This document shows, piece after piece, positions 1 through 12,200 of a DNA stretch of 64,000 bases. How positions within the stretch are numbered: the stretch's first letter is position 1; every line of letters begins with the position of its first letter. The notes beneath the pieces are model-generated. The model ran no database searches, was not told the DNA's origin, and saw nothing but the letters and a program-made list of their open reading frames with translations. Made by a program: the position numbers and the translations under genes. The stretch is from Lingula anatina (Eukaryota; Animalia; Brachiopoda), in the NCBI GenBank assembly GCA_051362555.1, contig CM120641.1, forward strand, positions 20,274,001 through 20,338,000, read 5' to 3'.

Positions 1-3000
1 AAATATTCCTCACAATACAAAATGCCCTCCACATCCATTTTTCAAGTACAAAACCCCTCGCATCATCAGGCAGGCAGTCTCTTACCATCAGTCAAATCTA
101 AACCAAGGTAGCCCGCGGCGCTGACGGGGCTCAAGAAGTCTTTGAAGTGACAGTGGTAAAGCTAGAACCGGTGACAGGTTCTTAACTAGTGTGCAGATCA
201 TAACCCACTGCTCTCATGAAGAAGTGTCACAACATTACATGAACTTCTGCCTTTTAACATGTCCCCAAGTCATGACTAAGCACTCGCTCATAAAGCAGGT
301 ATGAGACACATGGGAAACAACTTATCTATCTTGTCTGTTGAGATTAGTCCACTAGTTTTAGGAGCTCCCTGAGCCCATTGTTTCGCCTATATCATCTACT
401 GATAATAGCGACATTTAGGGATGTGCTATTAATTCCGAACTGGTGATAATACAAGTAACATCACGTAAACATAGCTTATCACACGAGCAATCTGCTATGA
501 AACTGAGGGACGTGAGGCCCGTTTTGGACGAGCATATTTGGGGTTTTAGTAAGCAACGGGGCTGCTGGATCGGAAGATACATACACACAACCTAGATTCA
601 TACCACCACCTGGAGTGATCTCAAATCTTCTCAGTTGGGATAGGAGAAAACCTGGAACCTTGCCTTCCTCCTGAACTATACACAACCTCAGGTATTTATA
701 GTTACAACACAACTTTTGATTTTTCCGTGCATTCATTGGGTCCGACACCTGTAATAGAGTTGTTCTGGTCCATCTAGGACCACCATGGGCAGAGAATAAC
801 TGGCAACTTGTCAATAACTCAACAGGTATGATATGTATTGCACAAACACTGGCTGGGCCAGGCATTAGATCATGCTGGACAGCATGCCTTACTATAATAG
901 CACAGCCTTTTCTTTTACTACCTTTTTTCTTTTTTCGTCATGTAGGGGTGCTTAGAAGTATCTGTCAATTTCTAATCATTACCTGCTCAAATAGAGTTAA
1001 ATTTTAGAAATATGAATTCTGTACATTAATATTTTTAAAAAAGAAACATTATTAACTATTATTAAATTTGACAAATTTGAATCATATCCGACCTTGAATA
1101 AAGAACTTGACAAACACACACATAAAATATAGATAGATAAGTCATTTAAAACCTGGATGTAAATAATTAGACAAAGTAATTATTACCCAAGAATAACTAG
1201 CAGCCAGGCAAGTCCGTATTACATGAACCCCTCCCACTGAAAAACACCCATCAGTAGTAATGATAAAATATTATGAGGTAACATGATGTAAAACTGAATA
1301 AGAATTTGTGCCAGTGAACAGTTTATCACAACAGATAGTGATCAAGGACTGATGGAAATAGATAAGAGAGCATCAAAATACACTTATGATAGCTCGAGTA
1401 TTGAGATTATGAAACACACGAAGTCCCTGGGCACGCAAAACCCATTCAATCAGTCAAAATTTAAAGAGTGCATGACACAAACAGGTACGGACGGACACTG
1501 GAATTTCATAGGTCAGAGCCAGTCTGTGTTAGTACACATTTCCATTCTAATCCATAACATATTTAGAAGATAAGGTTAAAAAGTTGTTACCCTTTGGCAC
1601 ATCTGCAGATTTTCTTTTTTCAAGGAAAAAGAGACTTGGAATTCTCCAAGTGCCTTTTCATTGAGAAAAGGTCAAAGTTTCTTCGTACTTGATGACTGCC
1701 TGATTAAGCCGAGCTTACCATAGGCAACGAAACGTCATGATTCTGTTCTGTCACCTAACACCACGCCAATCCCTTAGTACAGTGCGAGACTGGGAGGTTA
1801 CATCTGGGAGGTTACATTTGCTGTCCAGGTTGACCTCAGCCCTGCCCACAGTACCGAGAAAAGTCGACCCATCCCCAATGGAAATGTACCTTTTCATTTA
1901 AGTATATAGTAGATTGTTTTTCAGCTTAGACTTATACGTGCATAGCTGATGAGTTACATAGTACCATTATCTAGCCAGACATTAATCACCTTGGTTTTAA
2001 TTCCAGGACAAGTTAATCTGGGATATAGAACCCAAATTAGATACCTAGATTTTGTAAGCTATCAGTTATAACAGATATATTACTGAATACATCCAACAGC
2101 AAAGGTCTGATTTCCATTTGGACACCACTAAGTCAGATCTACCTTTGGCCACTACAGTTCAACTATTGGGCACATTTTTTCTTGTGCATGCCTTTTTTAG
2201 GTACTCAGAACGCCACAGTGTCTGCTTATTCTCAGGAGAAATCACACCTACATTTTATTAATGAAGCCAAAATGGGCACTTTCCATGACCAAAGCCATCA
2301 TAGTGGCTGTAGTCTGCACTGTATTAGGTTTAATTGAGCAAAAATTGATCAGAGTGACTGTCATCCAAGTACAGGGGGTTCAGAAACATCCCAACCTTTA
2401 ATAAGTGACCTGAGAAGAATGTGTTTCTTGGAAGATTTTGAAAATAATTTCATCAGCCTCATTCCATTCATCTCATTCTGATTCTCTCATTGGTGCTAAA
2501 AAAGTATTTAAAAAGTTTATCATTTCAACCCAAAGGGGAATCACAGTGTTATCTTATTTGATTTCTTACTATTTTTGTCTACTGGTAAAAACAAAAATCA
2601 AAACACTTTCAGTAAAAAAAAAAAATTCAGTCAAAAATTAAAAAATATAATCAGATATAAGTCAAATCCATGCACTATTAGTTCATACTTTATATCACAT
2701 AACTCAATGCCACTACTAAATAGATGTCTGAAAACAACACGATGAGTACATTAAATAATTAATTGTTTACACAGAAGTTGTTACTTTTCCACCATCACTC
2801 TGGCCATCAGATAAGATAACCACACAATTTTATTTGTTCACAATGGTGCTCCTTCAAACCTTAGATTTCCTGATTCACATACGATTCTTTTGAAAAGCTC
2901 ATGCAAAACTCATTGAAACTCATCATATTTGGCCTCTCATGGGCAGGGTTATTGTTTCTGTTGACTAAAACAATATCCCCCATCTTGGATAGAAACCATC

Positions 3001-3545
3001 TTGACGGAACAAGAAAGCACTATAGTAGTCAGTCAAAACACATCTACAACTAAAACAACACTGCAAAAGTGTCAATTTCAATTATTTTGTTTTCCTGAAA
3101 AACAATGTATCAGATTTTAAGATAAAAAAATTAGATTAAAAAATATGGTGACAGTGCAAATAGTATTTGACAATTTTTTTCTTTTTAAGTCATCTCCTAT
3201 AAAATATTGGTCACGATTTAAACCAAAACTAAGCTGTAAAATAAAGTAACTTTTTGGCAAGCAGTTTTTATTTCACTTATTATGTCTATCTGAAAACCTA
3301 TATTTTAAATATAAAAAAATTAAAATGTACACACTAGAGATTAATTGTAAGCATCAAGTATAAAGACACTCATCATATGGATAACCTTTTTTTAAATGAT
3401 ATCAATGCCATAAGGAAAATGATTTACAACAATGACACACAAACACTTATCATTAATGATTTACAAATTAGCAGTATTCCCATAGAAAGATAATATCTGA
3501 AGCACCAAGTACTCCTCATTTTATCAACAAACCTCCTTTATTTAC

Positions 3546-5511
3546 CTGGTATCTGCAAGGGAACGGCTGGTACAATATCTGGTTCTTTCAGTGTACAGCC
3601 GCTATAGATTGCCCACTCTAATACAGCATTCTTCCCAACCACCAGATCCTTGGACTGGCTAGCAGTTGGACTTGTAGTGGACACAGCAGTGGACAACCTG
3701 CTCCCATTACCTACTGCCCCAGCTGCTGGCTGGTGGGAAGAGAACAGTCCAGGATCATTAACACCAGTTGGTTGTTGGATGGCCCCAACATTGAATGTGC
3801 CTGCTATGGTCCCACTGGGGGTGGTAAAAGACCCCAGAGGGGGCAGTGGATCCCCCAGCCCCAGCCCTTCTAATGACATGCCCACCATAGCACAGGGGTC
3901 CTCTGGTAGAGAACACACCCCAACAGGCATGGGGTTGTGCTGTGGTGGCTGGGGTCTGGAGAAAGTCCCAGGGATCATAGCACATGGGTCATCGGGTAGG
4001 GCTGTCCATGAGGTGCCCTGCTGGCCAACCCCCTGGTTGTCCTCCCTCTGCATTATGCCAACCCCTAGTAACAAGCCAAACAGCTTCCGTTTTATTGCTG
4101 TATATACAACCACAGCTGAAGGGATATCTGTATTGTTATCGTCCTCCAGTGACGCCCCTGAATCAACCTCTACCCCACACAGTATGCTGTATATGAGTGG
4201 CAAATTTTCACATTTCTCATGTCTTTCTTTTGCAAGCAGGAGTACTCTTGGTGAAACATCAGGCTTTGAGATAGGAACAGTCGTCTTTTCCTTTGTGTTG
4301 TTAGAACTAATCCCTGAGCTAGTGGTGCTGCTGTTGTCATCATCAGCAACAATAACACTGTTGATTACAGTTGCAGGCTTACTAACAATCTCAGCAAATG
4401 TAAGTTTGTTTTCTGCTGGTCCTCTAGACCAAGGGTTATTTGAGGCAGTAGGCTGTGGCATTAAAGGTCTGTCTGTAGCATCAGAATCGGCGCAGGTGGA
4501 ATCTCCACTGGGTTCATCTGCTGACTGAAGCTGTAAACTATTTAGAACATCACTGAGACCTCTCCTCAAAGGATCTGTGTCAGACAAGTAGTTCATTATA
4601 CTCTGAATGAACAGGGTCTGATCTTGTCCACTTTTCATGACATTTTTGGACACCTCCTTCACTGCAGAGAAGTACCTTGTTGACCTGCATTTTTCGCTGA
4701 TATAGCTGGCCAGTTTAGGCACTATCTTATCCAATGTCACTGACGTTCTATCTCTCTTTGTTAAACCGAGTATACTGCAGTGAAAGCTCAGAAGTTTAGA
4801 GTGGGGGATAACATCGTTACCCATCAGAGTCCCCAAGATGGGTAACTGGTTTAGATCCAGCTTGAGGTGCTCACACAACAGCATGCGGTCATATTTTGTG
4901 GTTGTCATTTTTTTCAAGTTTAAATCTGCCACAGAGAAAAAGTCACTTAGAGTGTTGTACACAATAAAATCTGAGTCCTGGCTTAGGATACCAAAACAAT
5001 TATGTTGCTGGCAGTATTGGAATATTTCTTGATCTGCCTCTCCTGTGGAACTGATGACGGTTACTCCTAGTTCCTTCAAAATAAACTGTGTATAGATACC
5101 TAGGCTTACAGGTATAATGAACTGTTGATACCCGGGCTGCCTGCCAGTGTTCTTTATAATATCAAACACCCTCTTTACATTCTTTCTGTCTTGCTTCCGT
5201 CTCTGTATCCAAACCGATCTCTTCGTCAACCCAACTGAGCCATCAAAAATAAAAACTAGCTGTATTCCTGCATCTTGAAATGCTTTCACAAACTTCTTCA
5301 CTTCAAGATAATACTGAAACCACTGCCCCCCATGGACCCAGTCTAGCCCTGCTGCATACAGCTTACGGAGGCAGCTTAAACCATCCACCACCAGGGTCGG
5401 AGTTTGACCACACTTCTGAAAGTAGCCACGGGCTAATTCCTTCAGATGGACCCTCCTGCATGCTTGGGGACAGTAGGCTTCTATATACTGCTGTAGGCCT
5501 TTGATCCCCAT
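3546..5511 (-). CDS. FAM120B: FAM120B/SAN1-like protein (constitutive coactivator of PPAR-gamma-like family, PIN/XPG-type nuclease domain): first coding exon; the gene continues beyond the left window edge
   Basis: Within ORF 3538..5730, the likely start is MGIKGLQQYIE (ATG at 5511). It lies just after an acceptor tgtattttcag| (exon starts 5556). Motifs LVVDG, DWVHGGQW, FIFDG, GEADQEI, LSQDSDF and LMGND match FAM120/XPG-like N-terminal domains. FDG/EAD/GND resemble FAM120B more than FAM120A. The phase-1 donor cag|gtaaat is at 3546/3545. Confidence 0.88.
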
Positions 5512-6095
5512 GGTTTGGGAGGTGGCCCAGACACAGATACACCCATCAGGTGGACCCTGAAAATACACAAGTGTGACTGATAAGATGATATCTATCATGT
5601 GCACAGCTCTGTTTTGAAATAGTGTGTGACCTGGTGCCACAGTACCTGTTCCAGTAATAGTACATCTACAGTAGCGCATTGTTTTGTAAAGTTCAGTGGC
5701 ACTCCAGTATAGGTGGCTGGTGATACCCACCTATGCTCTGTCTTGTAATGCGCGTTTACATGCAGCAATGTAACATATCTACTCTAAACCGTGAATTCTT
5801 GCTTTGACAACACCAAATTTGTTTACAACGTCAACATGACACTTGATTACGTTTTTCACGGAAATTGCATTGTGTCGTTCATTTTTGTTCCTACATCATA
5901 AAACGGACATAATTAAAAATCGTATTTATTCAATCGACTGAAATAAGCATCCGTCTTTTGACTCGGTCATGAGCAACATTGTGTGTAGTACTGAGTTGAC
6001 ACCGCTAGGGAAATCAGCGGCACACTACTAATACTGTAGAAGATTTCACACAAAATGCAAAATAGCTAAATGCACTTTATGTAATATGCTCTTAC

Positions 6096-6230
6096 CCTCT
6101 TTTGTGGGTTTTCTTTCAAGGCAGTTATGCAGTGTTAAACCCTGCAGTCTGTTGCTTTTTATTCAATTATTTTCATTCCACGACCCTGCACCTCGTCCGC
6201 CATTTTGATTGTTTACATCCGGGCAATGAG
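6096..6230 (-). other. FAM120B: Probable non-coding first exon (5'UTR) of the FAM120B-like gene; 5' end approximate
   Basis: Minus-strand donor gg|gtaaga at 6096/6095. It sits at the edge of the CpG-rich region, next to YY1 and ETS motifs. The matching acceptor is at 5557. Confidence 0.6.
6197..6222 (-). promoter_or_regulatory. Housekeeping-type promoter motifs: YY1 (CAAAATGGCGG, 6197-6207) and ETS (CCGGATGT, 6215-6222)
   Basis: Exact motif matches read on the minus strand at the presumed FAM120B-like transcription start, with no TATA box. Confidence 0.55.
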
Positions 6231-9200
6231 TAGAGTGAAAACGAGATTCAGCACGTGCTATTGAACTTGCTGAACACATTTTAGGAGTGGTTGTTGCAAG
6301 TGCGCATTACAAAAAATTCTCTTAAAATCAAATATGCAAATAAGACACAGCATGAAAAGTTATATAGTTGATTTGATACATAAGCTTTTTTTTTTCATTA
6401 AACACTAAACATGTAATAAAAAGACCTGAGTGGGATGGGTTCCCATAAAATTGTTTCAAGACCACAGTAGCTCTTATTACAACTGAGAACTGCAAGCAAC
6501 AAAAAGGTTTATCGCCTAATTTAAATTAAATGCACCGATAGACACCACAGGGTTTTCCCAAAAAACACGTGTATGCCATCTTTATTCGTTTTCATATCCC
6601 ACCCCCATTATTAAATAATTAAAACGGTATTGCCTGTCCGCACATCTAACAGCCTGAAACGCCGACCAATGCATTAGCTCCTAAATCTTCAAAACTGCCT
6701 CATGCCTATTAACAAATTGGATTAGTACAATGGGCAATATGGGTGGGCGGAATTTAACTGACAGCGGCGAAGCGTGGTCACTAAGTCCTTCCTCTTTAAA
6801 GCACGTGTCCTCAGCTGGCGTGGTATCGTAACGCGGCATAATAACGCACTTAAAACAAATAGCCACTTCCTTGAATCTGCCCGCGCGCGCGTGCTCGAAC
6901 AAGATTTCAGTACGATCGTGGGCATTAAAGCTGCTTAATTAATTAACTTACGCAACAGCTAATTAAACGCACTTCGTATCACACCTGGGACGCCGAAATT
7001 CCAATTAACCAGGTTTACCTTTAAAAGATACTGTTACGTGCGATTGAGTGCTTCGGAAATAAATCAAAGCATGACTGCTACATCTCAAGAACTCCAAATA
7101 TTCTAAACAAATCAAAGCGTGGTAAAGAGAGTTATAGCGTAAGACGCAACTGATGATGTTAAGCCTAAGTGAGTCACGTAACTGCTTATTTAACCAAGAC
7201 ATAACTATCTTAATATGTTAATCATTCTACAGATGTTATAAAATAACGAGAAATTGAAACACGTTAGATAACTGAAGTTCTGCAAATGATTGCGCAACTA
7301 CTGAACAAAGAACAGGCGCTTCTCACAAGTAAAAGGCCCCGAACGGGAAATAAAAAATGTAAAGATCTAAGAAATCTCTAGGTTATTTACCTGGCCATAC
7401 TCCTCTACATCAGGTGTTTCACTCGCCGTTCACCTGGATAGATTTGGGGTGATAATATAAACACGCCAAAATGTATATTCATCATGCTTTTGCTCTTAAT
7501 AACCTAACATTTAGAACATCTTGTTATAGCCCCGCTACTACTTTTATATGTCATGTCAGTCGGAGCGCGGTAGAGGGGATAGAATTACGGCCAGCGTAAG
7601 GCTTGTGATCAACGAGCAGAGCAATATGCGCATCCCGGCAGTCTGAGAAAACAGCACTAGCAATTCGGAGAGGCAGTATACTTTTTTAACCTGCATACAA
7701 CTGGAATTTTTATCAAACTGAAGAGCTAACCCACTCTAAAGTGATGCGAGGTTGCGCTGGATCTTGTTTCGTCGTTTAGACCTTCTTTGAGTATTTAATG
7801 ATATTTCCAATTACGGAATGCGTGAAATAAGTTATGCAAATGGACTTGCTCCAGTTTAATTCTCCACAGCTGACAAAGACAGGTTGAAGCCTGCCAGAAG
7901 CGCGCACACTTACAACGACAGCGTGGAGTACTCATTGAAAAACTTTGTCTTCATTGGATGTATTGTTTTTTGTTTGCAGTTGTAGTGGAAATTACCCAGA
8001 GTGAACAGCAGAACCTTTGGAATAGCAGAGCGACGGATTTGACCTTTGCTAAAGGTATGTAGCCGTTCCTTACAGTGCATCCATCTTACCTGAGTAACGT
8101 ATGTGCTTCAGCTGCAAGGTGGAACTCTGTCAGACATGCCAGAGTAAGACGAATAATGCCAAAGAAAACACTTTAAACTGGGCACCCTTTGTATTATGTA
8201 ATTGTTTCACTTAAAGCCATAAGTTGTTCAAGTTTCTGTTGTGATGATAAAAAATTAGTTTCACCTCTTGGTTGACCACACACGTTCTCCAACACAAAGC
8301 GCCATGCTAAGTTTAATAGTGCGACAATTTTTATGCTCCGGACAACCCGCTGATGGCTGGTTTATAGAAACACTAAATGATTTGGCTTTCAGGTTTGGTG
8401 TGTATTAACTTATCTCTAAAGTATGGATGGTGTTGCTTATTAAGGACGCACGGTCCGAGGACAAGTGCTATTTACATTAGATGTTCGTTAAGATTCTGTG
8501 GAAGACGAGGCATAGGTGTTCTTGAGCGTGCTTCAATTAATCATGTCAAGGAATTCTCATGACATTATTTTTGACAATAACTAAAAACCGTAGTTCGATC
8601 CCACGTTTTTCGTGGAGAGAACAAAGCGCCTTTGAGCTAAAAGGTAGAATGTTCTGTAAAACGCAAAGAGACAAAGAAGCACCCTGCGAACGCACTCAAC
8701 TTGAGTAAACTGGTTGAGATTTTAGTTTCAGCTTGGATAAAATTCATTATCACCAACTTAGCAGCCTGTGCATTTCCACGGCAGATAAGAGATCAAAATC
8801 ATGACCTTAGCTCATGTTAAGAACAGTTCTTTGTTTGCTCCTCTCTGATAGTAGGGAGCGTTCGCGTTAAATCTAAAAAATAATATTTTAAACGCAGTGC
8901 CGCTGATGTAGGTTAAAATTGTAACAGATCGGGAGAAGGAGTCAGCTTTCAACAGCTGTTAAAACGTTTTGCCGTGACTTCGATTTCCTTTTCTCCTTTG
9001 ATGGTCAAAGTTTAGTGCGGCTCTCGGCTTTATTGTGGCGTATATTCAAATGGTGGAGACCCGATTAGATCAGACATTGATTAAATGTGACGAGAATATA
9101 TAGTCACGCCGTTTCGCGAATTCCACAAGAGTTTGTGTTGTTTTATGTCGTGAGAAAATAAGAAAAGCAAAACGAGAAAATAATGGATAAGTGAAAACGA

Positions 9201-12200
9201 ACAGCGACACGTCACTTATAACGGTTGAACAATGCTTTCGGATCACGCCAAAGTTACAGGTTGACAAGTCAAGCATGTTGACTAAAGTTTTCGCCGAATA
9301 AATAACTCAAAATAAACAGAACCGACCTGCATAATTCTGAAAATTGCCAAAATGGCCTTTAGGGGCGGAGAAACGGGAGGAGATGTTAAGCGACATGGAG
9401 TTAAAAACCTCATTTTATTGCACTACTGATGATGGTGTTATGGAATAAAATCACTGTGATAAATGCCATGGCTGGCCTCTTTGTGTCAGATGGGTTTCAT
9501 GAATGGCTTTCACTTGACAAAGACGTCTAGGTCTTCTAGAGTTACTGCAGTCAAAACGAAAAAAATATAAGAAAATACTCTTGCCGGAAACGGAGTAGCT
9601 CAGAAAAATTGACGAGTTGATGTCGACTGACAGAAGCAAAACACTCTAAATCTGTCTTCCCACAATTCTTCAAATACCGCAAATTAATGACTTACCAGAA
9701 CGCGACATTTATATTCATCCAATATTTTACTGCTTAAACTTTAAAACAATGAAGGGCAACCGTTTCTCAGTACACAAAGACAAAAGACCTCAGCAGCATG
9801 AGAAGAGAAATATGTCCAACGCAGTCCAGATAAGGCAACAAAGCAAGAGACTGAAACGTGTCAGCGAAATTTGATACCAGGAGTTTATCGATATTTTAAA
9901 TTGAAATTAATAGGCGTGGATTCGCTGTCAGACCTCCTTCGTTCAATTTTAGGATCTCTGACACGCAGCCGCATGGAGTAGACCTGGTAGTAACACTGAC
10001 TAGCCAGACTAGTTAGTATACAAACTGGTTAAATAGGGACAGCAGAAATCGTTCCATTTCACATAAGCTTCACGGTGCCTTTAAATTACATCATCACGCC
10101 AGCCAACGTAGCACGCGTAGTAACATAAAAAGACTGTTAACTTTATGTAATAATTCAAAGATATGTGCCATTTTTATATAAAAAACACATACAGCAGAGT
10201 AACATTAGTACATAAGCTAAATAGTGCACAGCTTAAAAAGTGTTACTATGAAGATTATTTTACACAACGTTTAAATCGTCATCTCTGTTGACAGTAGTGA
10301 CAGGCTGTGGAATTCCCCCTTGTGCTTTTGTGCATGTTAAGACACGTCTTCCCCATGCTGTAAAAACCCGTGAGAAAGTGAACTCTTACATTGCTTAGTT
10401 CTTGAGTCATCCCTAAAAGTTGACATGCGTTGTATGCGGCAGAAAGCTGAAGTTCTTTCTTTCCTTTTTAATGGAGAATGCTTCTTAGTGCGCTCACTAT
10501 TTCATGAAGACTTTAACTGCTGCTTGTGGTGGTAAGTGAAATAGGAATACTGTTGTTTTAACAAAGTTCACGATTACTTGATGGTCTTGAAATGAGGGCA
10601 CTAAACAGTAGGCCCATCTCGTAACGCATTGTGTCTGTTTTTTGTTTCGTAGTGTTAAGGTAGCACGTTTCCAATACCCTCTCTCTATTTGAAACAAATA
10701 AGTTTAATATACCTGTCCATTTGTATATTAGTATTGTTTAGACTACAACATTTACTTATGTAGGACATGTCAGAGCACATCGCCACAAAATATAAATGTA
10801 CAGGTATTATTAGCATCGATGTTCCTCGTTCCTCGGAAAACAGTCATAGTCTATGTCTTATTTACCTTGCCAACACGACCGGTTTCCTAGAAACTGTGCC
10901 AGGAGATTTGAACAGAGTGAAAGGTTTCATATTTGTGGTAAACAAGCTCTCAAGCGGACTTGTTGAAGGTGGATGAATGGATAGATTCCCGTGCGTTTTT
11001 TGAGGACGTTTTCATATTAGGCCTAGATTGATCGCTTTGAATAACAGGCTGCATCCAGCATGCTTTTAGGAAAACTCTGAAGTTTATGATCTAAGTTCGA
11101 TTTATAAACGTGAAGACCATGATCATGTTATCACTCGAAAATAAAATGCCCCTCCCTCCGCCATTAAACAAGCGGGTCAATAGGTGGTGGGTAGGCCCCT
11201 ACAAACAAACCGACTTCAACTAGGTTAAAATCCATTTAGAACACATCCTTAAAGTTAAACTACAAATTATAGTTTTGATTTAATTTAACTGGAGGATGTG
11301 AAAGTTTTTTTCTTGCACCCTATACACAATGAATAAAAGGATTTTACGGCTTGCTTACTATCAGTGATATAAAGGCGGTGTTTTTAAGTCGATCTCTCTG
11401 AGCATAATGTGAAACCCGTCGTACTTGTACATGCTTAAAGTCACGTGACACGAAATTTCAATCCCCGTTGCAACACTAACTCCACTAAAGTATTTCACAT
11501 GGCATAACCGACATGAAATATAATATAGATCATTCCTTGGTGAGGCGCTCCTACAATGTCTAACCCTAAACACCGGGGCTCTTTTACAAGAGAAACAAAC
11601 TTTCTGAGGACATAATTCCAGTGCAAATTGCCATGTTTGCCTTCTCGTCTGACTGAGTGGGAATTACGTCAGACTCTGTCTACATTTCAAAGCGAACCGA
11701 TGTCTTTATCAACGATAAGCCTTCTGTTTTCCACAAATCATAGAGTTTTTCATAAGAGTCTGACAAATTCCCTGGCAAACTTTCAAATACTGAGGGCTGT
11801 GTGTATAATTCCTCAAATACAGGGCGAAACTTTTATCAAATTAACCTCACTCGCGAATGCTTTTCTTTTCCGGATTCATTTTTGTTACTCATGAAATGTT
11901 TATCGAGTAAGCGCGGTAGTTCGGTAATGGCCATGTGCCGCCGGTGTGGGGAACTATAATCTTTGTTGAAACATTGTTGTTTTTGGCCAGTTCTCAGTCT
12001 GCGCCGACCTACCACCGCTTTGGCGTTTACAAAACTCGTCTTGAATCACAGATTAGTTTGATTTCTCAACATGCTGTTCAACCGATACTGCTATTTTAGT
12101 AACCTGTTGTGGTTTAAATAAACCTGATTAAACTGTATCAGTATTGTTTCTCGCCTATTTCACACGCCTATATTTGACCGAGGTGCTGACAAGGGTTGGA

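Noticed and set aside
86-170. Minus-strand open segment ending at a gtaag donor (LYHCHFKDFLSPVSAAGYLGLDLTD)
   Set aside because: No recognisable FAM120 similarity, and its phase does not follow from the phase-1 donor at 3546; cannot be supported.
479-865. 128-aa minus-strand ORF
   Set aside because: No domain or splice support; intronic, possibly a repeat remnant.
1940-1980. CTGATGAG hammerhead-ribozyme core
   Set aside because: No flanking stems or GAAA core in the required arrangement.
2143-2247. Possible next FAM120B exon (GVISPENKQTLWRSEY...)
   Set aside because: Weak acceptor, an in-frame stop before any good donor, and only trivial resemblance to the expected sequence.
3650-4528. 292-aa plus-strand ORF
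   Set aside because: Antisense shadow of the low-complexity FAM120B-like coding exon; no recognisable domain.
5512-5730. N-terminal 73 aa of ORF 3538..5730
   Set aside because: It begins at a GTG upstream of the splice acceptor at 5557; family homology starts at MGIKGL (5511).
8590-8616. GTTCGATCC B-box-like motif with a small hairpin
   Set aside because: No A-box or cloverleaf; not a tRNA or a supportable SINE.
10349-10377. Possible Su(H) paired site
   Set aside because: The second half-site is poor and the orientation is tail-to-tail.
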